From positions 1 through 42,934 of the forward strand of contig NW_014569485.1 of assembly GCF_000743755.1 (NCBI RefSeq): 42,934 nt of DNA. The letters run 5' to 3'. Positions 25,516-34,860 of this stretch are shown here, piece by piece. The translations under genes were made by a program, and so were the position numbers. The DNA comes from Blastocystis sp. subtype 4. Taxonomy: Eukaryota. Each line of letters opens with the position of its first letter. Position 1 is the first letter of the stretch. The notes under the pieces were generated by a model. That model was given only the letters and a program-made list of their open reading frames with translations. It searched no databases and was not told where the DNA came from.

Positions 25516-25538
25516 TGTTTGCTTTGTTGCAACAAACA
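25516..25538. terminator. Back-to-back 3'-end signals for RPL22 (TGTTTGCT, +) and the C2 gene (TGTTTGTT, -)
   Basis: Motifs at 25516-23 and 25531-38 between convergent stops. Confidence 0.8.
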
Positions 25539-25541
25539 TCC

Positions 25542-26451
25542 TCAATTGCTTTTTGTCGGCATAATAGGGTACATTCGCTTATCGTACATAGGTGGTCGTC
25601 TATTTGGTCTGATGTCTTGTTGATAAAACTGTGATTTGGATTTTGAAGAACGGTGTCTAGGAGAATCACCCATAGAATGAACAGAATTTGCAGATGCAGA
25701 TCGATGAATACCTAGAGATTACTGTACAATCCAACGATAACCAGGAGCTCGCATTAAATGATTGAGAGCAGGGACCGATACGGGTATGGGTACAGGAGAA
25801 GGCCTTGAAAGAGGACCTGGTAGTCCTTGAACTTGAGGTGGTCGAATGGGTATCAATGTACACGGTTGACATGATCGCAGCTGAGAACACAACACAGGGC
25901 AGTAGCAGTTAGGGTCAACATGCAAAGCAGAAGTGTGACCGTACTGTGGATTAAACGGACAGGACTGGGATTGTTGAGTACAACGCTTTGAAAAGCGAAG
26001 ATTGATCAACAACGTACCACAGATATGGTTCCTTTTTGAAGGATTTGTTAGCTGAATAGAAAATCCTTAAACATGAATGAAGGAACAACAATAGTACTAT
26101 TATCATTACTCGAAATATTTGTAAAATCGATCCGACATTCACCAATTAGTTTGGTTCGTAGAACGCCAGAATCGTAACTACCATTAACAACGTATTCAAC
26201 CACGTACACTCCAATTACAACATGTTCTGAATTTCCAGATAAGCTCATTTCGTAATTCCATGCTACAAGATAAACTTAAACTCAAATGTTCCACTTGGAT
26301 TCCTCCCACTTCTCCGCATTGTTGTAGATTGGTAGGACTTGCATCCATATGAAATCCGTACGAAAGTATCGAGATTTCCATTTGTACTTACATCATCTAG
26401 GTTTTGTGCCCCAATGACGACGATTCGAAATTCATAGCTATCTTTTAACAT
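25542..26451 (-). CDS. C2-domain protein with proline-rich tail
   Basis: IVVIGAQNL..D.FVRI, GRNPTWNYEM, LIGECRIDF, CGTLLINLRF after removing 3 introns; probable 5'UTR intron at about 26460-26491. Confidence 0.8.
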
Positions 26452-26621
26452 ATATTATTCTGTCTCTTCGCAATAGGACATCTATTCCTACCTGAATCGA
26501 AGAACCACTTCGAAACGAATCTATGATTGGGCAAAAAGAGTCCTGATTTCGGTTCAAGGTAAAGAATCAGAATACTTCGGAATCCGAATCCTTCACTTCT
26601 GAGAGATTCTCAAGGTATTAA

Positions 26622-28134
26622 TCAAACAGGGTAAACTGATTGAGGAATTAACCCACATCCGAATAGTTGATCAACTTCCTTTACTTCTTCTTTTGTTAGT
26701 TTGAATATCTTCTGTCCCCTTTTCTCGCAATGGTATATAGCCTCACATGTTGCTTCTAACACTTCCAACCGATCAAATGCCTAAAGTTCATTCAAGATTA
26801 AGAAAGCTTACTTGCATTACTGATGTTCCTGTCACTACTATACCAATACGTTCAATCAGGAATACTGAGTATCCCCGAGAATAATAGGAAACAACATCAT
26901 CGAGTAAAGAGGCAGAATACCGAATATAAGCCATCTTCCCTATCACAATGTAGGATTCTGGCATTAACCTATGGGAAATGCACTCCTACGACACATACTC
27001 AACATCGATACATTTCTGCTGCTGAAGGAAAATCGATGTATATGGAGGTAGACACTCAAGAATACATTGAATCGAGTCGAAATGACGATACCTATCGATA
27101 AGGAACCCGAAGAAGACAAACAATGCTAGATGAAGAGAAGTACAAGGAGAATCTAATGAAATCGAGTGGTAAGAAAGTACCTGAATAAAAGGAGAATTCA
27201 GAATCATACCGAAGCAAAGAGAGGAGATGTGTTAAATGGAGTCATACAAACTACAGAAGAATCTGAACTGCATCGTTTCGAAAAGGTATGTTCACAGACA
27301 ATCAGTTTCTATATGAAAGATGAATCAATCACCAACTTGGTTATATGCTCGTTTTGCAAATGTATCCAGTTCTTTATAATCACTCTCATCCCTAGGAAGT
27401 GTCCGAGAGAGGGCAGTACAATCTTGTAGTAATGAGGTTTCTACCGAAGAGAGAAGAGTAGAAGGAACCTTTAGTGATATCTGAGCGATCCGTTCTAACA
27501 GCTCCAGTCTCGAGAATGCTTCTTCAATAGTCTTCCCAACAACAATCACACCATGATTCTGCAGGATAAAACAATTAGCATGTGGATTTGTGGCTACAAC
27601 TTCTGCACAGGTGAATGCCTACAATGAATAAGAAAGACTATTCGCACAAGCTTGCTTCCCCCACATATACAGTAGGGAACTTCGGACACTTCTCCGAGAA
27701 TCGTAAATACTTTGTCAACCATTGTTACACAAGGAAGACTATGAGAAATGGCAAAAGAGAGAAGCGTTGGAGAATGCGTATGAACAATTGCACCAATCTC
27801 CTTCCGACATTTATAGCTCAACCTTAGTCTTGCCGAACAACTCTTACATTTCAAAATGCATCTTCCATTCACTGGTTGGTTTATACGAACCAATAATGGT
27901 TTCATCAGGAAGAATCGAGCATACCTGTTCCTTTTTGACATTACATTTGTCGATTCCCTAACTATCATCTTGCTAAGCAACGATTACCGAAGGAGTAACC
28001 CAAACAGTATTATTTTCATCCCTTACAGAAACATTTCCACCTGACGTTGTTGTAAGTTGTCGCTCATACAGCATCTTCATACAAATCGTGACCTGGGATG
28101 CAGAATCCATAGTATTCCATGATTGAGTATCCAT
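26622..28134 (-). CDS. Class II aldolase/adducin family protein with two tandem domains (fuculose-phosphate-aldolase-like)
   Basis: LTTTSGGNVSVRD, VWVTPSG, PTSEWKMH, AIVHTHSP, ILQNHG and EAFSRLELLE; second degenerate domain ending QAFDRLEVLEATCE. Confidence 0.85.
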
Positions 28135-28243
28135 ATCGACTCTAAACCCTCTGAATACTACGAACCAATTCGTGTGATAGTCTAGTAATGATTCTGCATT
28201 TCTTTCTCATTGTATATTCCGACGTGCTCCATTCATTCCTTTC

Positions 28244-28517
28244 AGTTTTGGTTAAGGCTTGCTATGGTCGTTCACTGATTTCGTGTTAAAGTCACGTTAT
28301 TGTGTGGTCCAGCGACTAGGGAAATTCCCCGGACCGTAATGGCAGAGAGTGCCGTTCTGAAAGGAATACTAACAGCAGTGGGTTCATGGCGATGACACAT
28401 CGAGTCTACGTATCGACTGCTGCGAATTGGTCATGTTTAAAGTTATGCAGGCAACCTTGTGATTAACAACGTATTGGTCACAGGGCGAACTCAATGGGGC
28501 TTACTCTTTCCAAAACT
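28244..28517 (+). ncRNA. RNase MRP RNA
   Basis: CR-I GAAATTCCCC (28321-30) pairs with CR-V CAATGGGGCTTAC (28492-504); P8 hairpin GGCA-GAGAG-TGCC (28341-53) has the GARAR loop; P1 AGTTTTGG (28244-51) pairs with CCAAAACT (28510-17); no ORF. Confidence 0.92.
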
Positions 28518-28527
28518 CAACGTTTCA

Positions 28528-28535
28528 TGTTTGTT
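28528..28535 (+). terminator. TGTTTGTT 3'-end signal directly downstream of the RNase MRP RNA
   Basis: Exact motif starting 11 nt after the P1 3' strand. Confidence 0.7.
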
Positions 28536-28586
28536 TTATACAGTTTGAGTGTAGTGAAATATCCATCTTCAGAAGTAACAAACATA

Positions 28587-30064
28587 TCACAAGGCATCAT
28601 CCAAACACATTGCTTCATACGCTTGTAATTCCCGCTCGCGTTTATTACGTTGTTCCAGAATAGCAAACCCTACAAGTCATATCACCACTCCATCCTTACG
28701 TTTCTCGTGACTAACAACATTTTCCTTCATTGCTACAGCCTTTTGGTGTTTAATCGTAGCATATGTGGAGAAAACCTGTTGTAATAAGGGACTCTTCTAC
28801 ACCTGAATTGTCTCATTAGTTCCTACAACAATATGATAACTGAACCCATGACCCATAGATTGTGAGAGCATCTCATACTGAACCACACCACACCATCGAT
28901 TAATTGCTAAATCGACCTCCATATCACCATCTCCAGTAAACGATAGTTCCAAATAAGGATGTCCATCACTTCCACATGCACGGGAAATATCTCGAAGAGC
29001 CTTCTTCTTGTCCTTATCTTTGGATTCTTTCCAATAACGATTATATTCACTTAGCTACAAGTTATGACTATCGGTGACTCCTACAGCATTCTGAATATCA
29101 TCGTAAATCGTATCAAGAGGCTTTACACGCTCATATGAGGGAGTCTACATTCCATATCAACATTGCGTCTTACAACCATAAGTAACTCATTAATGAATGC
29201 TAGACACTTCGCTGCTGCAATTCGGACACTCATATCTGACACAGTCAAACACGCATCCACTTTCGAAGCGAAGGATGGAAGAGAATCCGTCAGAATTTGC
29301 CTCTTGGGCTTTACTGACATCAAAAGTACCCAAGCAGAAAGTGCTTGAGCCAGAAGAGGGAATGAACTACGTAATTAGAAAAGGATATAAGATTGTACGT
29401 TGAATTGGGCTTCTCGATTATAGACCGCACATACTCCAAGAATTCATCTTCAACTTCATCTGGTACTTCGGTAAGGAATAGAATCACGGCAGCTGCATGA
29501 AAGCAGTCAACAGCAACTTGTTGTTTCTTTGTTGACTTAGCACGATCCACCAAACAGCTATAACTAACTTCATACACAGTAGGAGAATCTATGTTAAATG
29601 AATCCAATGAACTATACCTAAACAATAGGTTGCGTGCAACAGAACTAATATTCGACAAGCAGCTGTCACATCAGCAACAACCCGTTCTTTGCGAATAATA
29701 GTATTAAGATTTGTGCACGTCATATCCAAACTAGAAATAAAATAGAATACAAATCCCAACTATCCCTTAATAGTGTTGGTCTGGAGATATTTCATCAAAC
29801 AGATTCGCACCATTTCCAGAGAATTCGAAAGAGATTTCATCCTGCATATTAGTCCATTTTGATACGGTTCACTTCTTATCACCAAGACAATCGAGATACT
29901 CCTCGATGTTCGTAAATATGTCCACAGGAGTATGGTCAATCTTCTTTGCTTCAGTTTCCGAAGATTGACTTAGTGGATTGGAACAGACACCTAAAAAATG
30001 GTAAGAAACAGATCAGAGCTGAGATAATAGCAAATTACATACTTTCATCTTCACTCTCACTCAT
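28587..30064 (-). CDS. Interferon-related developmental regulator (IFRD)-like protein
   Basis: ALSAWVLLMS, VRIAAAKCLAFINE, KDKDKKKALR and basic C-terminus ...NKRER; multi-exon; start approximate. Confidence 0.7.
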
Positions 30065-30189
30065 TTCACTTGTTGTTGAAATAGTAACTGGCGATGACCG
30101 AAGAGCCGTTTTAGGTAGACTTTATTCTTAGGAGGTTTTGTCTATTCATAACGAATTCCTCACGTTTTCTCCAGTGCAGTCTTCGAGTG

Positions 30190-31354
30190 ATGAAAACACC
30201 TAGACAGAATGCGATTGATGGCGATATTGAGTTTGGGAATTCGAAATCTGAAACTGATGAAGACAACTCCAAGTACAAGAGGCCTTCCTTTCTAGTGCGT
30301 TGGAGACAGTATTCCCGAGGGATTTACTCAATTGGCCTAGTTTTATGTATTCTATATTTATTGTATCTGGGAATCGTGTACATCGGAAGTGCCCCTACAC
30401 AACTTCACTCACTCCATACTGAAATGCCTAATTTGCCAAATTCGTTCAAGTTGATGGTGGTAGCGGATTTGGATAAATTGAGTCGTGTTCCTGATGACAA
30501 GAAAGGAAAGTGGCGGAGTATTCTGAAGAAGGGCGAATTGCGACGTGCCGAAGACGGTTCATTCACGATTCATTGGTTAGAAGACCAAGAAATCTTCACC
30601 AAGTTCAGTGAAGCAGGTCGTGGAATGGAGTTAAGTGCTCTTGTCAATTTCCACAATCACTTATATACATTCGATGACCGTACTGGTCTGGTATTTGAAC
30701 TGGTGAAGGGAAATCGAGCGCTTCCTCGTTTTATTTTGATGGAGGGAAATGGTGATACTGATAAGGGACAGAAAACAGAATGGGCCACCGTGAAAGATGA
30801 TAGGATCATTGCTGGTAGTTTTGGAAAGGAGTACACATCATCCGATGGATCGATTGTGAATACCAATAACATGTGGGTTTCGATTATAGACAAAGATGGA
30901 TCTGTTTCCCATGAAAACTGGACCGGACAGTTTAATAAACTCCGCAAAGCAGTAGATGTTAGTTATCCAGGATACATGATTCATGAAGCTGTTTCATGGT
31001 CAGATGTCCACAAACAGTGGGTCATCCTCCCTAGACGGGTGAGTAAGGAACCATATGATGAGGTTGAAGATGAGCGGAGAGGATCCAATTTGGTCCTCTT
31101 GGCCTCCGAAGACTTCGATCAAGTGGAGATTCGTCACATCACTCCCTTGACTCCCACACGAGGGTTTTCAGAGTTTAAATTTCTTCCAAAGTCTGATGAC
31201 ACAATCATTGTGGCACTGAAGAGTGAAGAGAATGAAGAAATGCAGAGTCAGAACACGTATATTACCGTATTTTCACTAAATGGGGATATCCTACTGGAAG
31301 AGACGGCCATTCCAGGGAATCATAAGTTCGAAGGCTTGGAATTCTTTTACTTTT
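30190..31354 (+). CDS. Calcium-activated nucleotidase / apyrase (CANT1-like), type II membrane protein
   Basis: VADLD, GRGMELS, FDDRTG, KTEWATVKD, GYMIHEA, LPRR, RGFSEFKFLP, ALKSEE, KFEGLEF; N-terminal TM. 3' end is either 31354 (poly(A)-made stop) or 31401 (genomic TAG). Confidence 0.93.
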
Positions 31355-31457
31355 GCCTTATTTGTTTTGAAACGAGAATCACGGTTTTTACATATTTGTA
31401 GCGGTCCTTGATTCAAGCTCCAATACTCATTATATTGGTACTCATTCCGATACGATA

Positions 31458-31719
31458 ATGGGGAAGGATTTAAACGTGAATCTAAATAGTTACGTCGGAA
31501 AGACAATTACAGTGAAGCTTAATGCGAACCGATTAGTGGAAGGAGTCCTTCGCGGATATGACCAGATGATGAATATTATTCTGGAAGATGCTTTTGAGGT
31601 GAAATCAGAAACTGAAAAGCACGAGATGGGAAGAGTGGTACTTTTGTGTCTGTTTGGATTTCTGATGGTATAGGTTATTCGTGGAAATAGCATTATTCAA
31701 ATGGAATGTGACGAAATCT
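31458..31719 (+). CDS. SNRPG: Small nuclear ribonucleoprotein G (SmG); stop completed by polyadenylation
   Basis: KLNANRLVEGVLRGYDQMMNIILE, intron 31638-31673, then VIRGNSIIQME; 75 aa if ended at T31719. Confidence 0.85.
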
Positions 31720-31778
31720 CGTTTGTTTGTTTCTCTCAAGTAACAGTTCAAACAGATAAAAGAATACTGATAAACCCC

Positions 31779-33007
31779 TTACTGCTGCTGTCCAGACAAA
31801 GGTGTGAATCCATAGTTCTTGTCAACAGCTGTTCCGTAGATGAACGACATGCTACATCTCAGGACTCTTCTACACTCCATACCCGAAGCGGTAGTCATCA
31901 TAGATAGGATTGAATTCACCGCTAAACGCAATCTGGGCATTTGATGTCAGTTGTTCTCGCATAATTGTTTTCACACTTCCTGTCATATCGATGGTCGTTC
32001 TACTATTATTATCCAAACCATCTCCTACTGAAGATGAGCCTTGGTTCTTGGTAGATTGAAATCACAACCAATCACAGTCGACGCACGCATCTCTGAAGGA
32101 CTGTTCATTTTCGCAATGTTACAGCCCGCCACCAGACTCACATTCTTGTTCACCATCTACGTCCCAGTTCTTCCTCTCTCCTACTCGCAAGTAATACATA
32201 TACAGTGTATAATTAGATGTGAAGGTTGCTACACATTTGCGAAGTTGATCTCGGTACATGCCCGAAACTCCCACATGAATGTTCTTATTGCTGAGGAAAT
32301 CATAATACGCTTCGACTATGCATTAAATTCTCTTTGTGTACTCACTTCCGACTGTGTACTTGTTGCTAATGGCCTGATTGTAGTACAAAGCAAGGCCACT
32401 CTGATTATCAAGCTGGATATGACACAGAGAATTGTAAAATATACCACAAGTTCAGTACAACTATCAGCATCTTGATACACGGAACGACCGACGATTGCTT
32501 TAAATAAACTATTATCTTGTTGTCTCAAAATCTAGGTATCATTCTCATCGTTCACTGAAACAATTGCACTTGCTTCTTGGCAGAAATTGTCATTGGGAGT
32601 CCATTTTACAGTTGCCTTCACACCTGGCTGAAGAACCCAAGTGGAATTCAGTTGCACCTACACACATGAGACTATTCACAAAATGAAAACCTTATCTGTC
32701 TTGTACTGACAGAGAAAAGAATACCTAGGTCTCTCTCCATCCATCGTAAACCGGTGATTAACTAAAAAGTTCTTGTGGCTGGAAGCGAGCATCATAATCA
32801 AACTAGAACCAAACGTTCCCAACTACACAATCACTCCTCTCACTTCCAAGAAACTACATCAAGGAGTTGCTGAATGTCATTATACATGTGAGTATATCTT
32901 CCAGGTCCCTTCTAACGATAATCATGAAAAACCTCATCCAGTACGTTTTGCTTCGGAAGTCCTTGACTAGGAAGTTTAAATCCGGTGTTCATGGTGTTGG
33001 GATTCAT
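31779..33007 (-). CDS. Tom40-like mitochondrial porin-family beta-barrel protein
   Basis: N-terminal GPGRY, alternating beta-strand pattern, C-terminal TIDMTGSVKTIMREQL...FSGEFN...YRFGMSFIYG (beta-signal-like). Confidence 0.55.
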
Positions 33008-33134
33008 TATCACCGTTCACGGAGCGATTATCTTGGAGAATGAAAGAAAGGAGATGAGACGGGAAAACGGGAATTCGCAAGTTCTACCGTTTTGAGAATA
33101 AACTAGTATCTGTTTGTCTTTATCGCTTAACAGC

Positions 33135-33820
33135 ATGTTTAAAGCAAAGAGACGGCGTGGTACTCTACGGCAGGTCGATAAAGGTAGGTTTGCAACAGAG
33201 GATACTCATTCAAAGAAGACGATTCTGATACCGGAATTGATGTGGATATTGAAAAAATCAAAAAAGAACAGAAGGTGGCTTCCATGCGAGACTGTCATCA
33301 CCCTAGATGCGTAATGAGATCAAATCTGGGTTATCAACTGATGTATTACTGAAAGGAACCGGTATAGTGATTGATCCATTGGCCCAGCATGTCGGTGATG
33401 AAGAAGTATAACAGTGGTAGAGTGATTAACACTAGATTAGGGGAACAAATGAATCTGACACTGAAGAGTGAGAGTTTGGGTACATTTGTGATGTTTAGGA
33501 AAAAGGATCTTCTCAAATACATCAAAGATGAATCAGAGATTTATAAGCCAGAAGGAATTGTTGGATTGAGAGAAGAGTGTCATTAATAGGTCATTCCAGA
33601 TATTGTACCAGAACCAGTAACAGAAAAAGATCGTATGGACATGGATATTGATATGATTGTAGAAATCAAGGAAGTGGAGATTGTAGATGCAGCTCATTGT
33701 GAAACAATGGAAGAAATTGCACGTCTAAAGCGTAAAATGACAAGTAGGATTGGTGGATAGAGATCATAAATAGAGGAATTGAAAAGAGAACGTCGAGAAG
33801 TCTTTGAGTCTAAATTCTGA
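33135..33820 (+). CDS. Small multi-exon protein, possibly TLS1/C9orf78-like
   Basis: Basic N-terminus MFKAKRRRGTLR, KDLLKYIKDE and IKEVEI loosely recall C9orf78; TGA at 33818-20 plus TGTTTGTT at 33824. Confidence 0.35.
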
Positions 33821-33841
33821 GTGTGTTTGTTGGAAACAGAG

Positions 33842-34818
33842 TCAAATCCTCCTTCTCTTTTTCATTGGAGGGGCTATACTCTCCTTTTGTACAGATTGTT
33901 CAATCATATCAAGTTTATTCGCCACCTTCTGCATCACACTGTCTAGCTTCAATTCACGTTCATTCTCTCGAAGAACCGTAATTGGCTTGTCACTCAAGGT
34001 GGATTGTTTCTTTCGTTTCAAAGGTCTATCTGTAAGTTGCACACCTATGGTCTACTGTTTGTTCATTCCCTCAACTTCCTTTGTACCACTCTCGTGACTC
34101 TTGTTATCAGTTTTCAATTCTGTTCCTCTCTGTAATTCCACATAGTCATCAGCCGGTTTTGCCTCTTCCATATCCATTAATCCTCCTGTACTCATTAAAG
34201 CAACTGGAATCCGAAGTTTTCGCTTGTATTCATGAACCGTTTCGTCTGGCCGCTCAACGACCAACTCTTCGAGTCGTTGTCGTACAGCAATTCGACGACC
34301 ATCCAACTTCAGTTTTGTATCATCAACTGACTCATACTCTGGAGCATATTGGACCCATAGATCTTGACCAAAGAATGAAGTCTTATTCATCTTGTTCTTA
34401 GCTTGTCTGGATATCAACAAAGAGACGATTACGTACCTTGCTGCCGAAGTCTTTTCATATTTCACCCAAATAGTTTGTGTGAACGGTGCAGAAGGCAAAT
34501 CATAAACCAAATTGTACTCTTCAATCACTCCATACAAGGCAAGTTGTTGAATCAATTCTTCGATCACATTAGCAACTGGAATATTCCGGATAATTAGATA
34601 TCTAACTCATAATCCTCTCTAAACGCGATCACCTGGATTCTTGGGCTACTGTATAAACTCGCACCGATTTATCAATTGTGGGTGTTCGATATCTACAATT
34701 CAATTCAAATCAAGAGCATGCACTGAGGTCTATTATCTGGAGTTTCCTGGGGCTGAGGATAGTCAGGTTCCTCATATGGATCATATTGGATAGTGTCCTT
34801 GAGCCATGGATAATCCAT
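33842..34818 (-). CDS. RBM48: RNA-binding protein 48 (minor spliceosome factor)
   Basis: Spliced: VRVYTVAQESRYLIIRNIP, YGVIEEY, FTQTIWVKY, ARQAKNKM...FFGQDLWVQYAPEYESVDDTKLKL. Confidence 0.92.
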
Positions 34819-34860
34819 GTTCGCAGAAACTCAAAAGACTGAATCTTAACAAACAGAATG

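Noticed and set aside
28244..28517. Alternative call as RNase P RNA
   Set aside because: The GARAR pentaloop hairpin and the GGGGCTTA form of CR-V fit MRP better
29350..29399. Perfect U12 donor ATATCCTTT on the minus strand in the IFRD gene
   Set aside because: It lies inside an ordinary 32-nt GT-AG intron that already restores the frame (STSFPLLAQALSAW); no in-phase U12 acceptor or branch site
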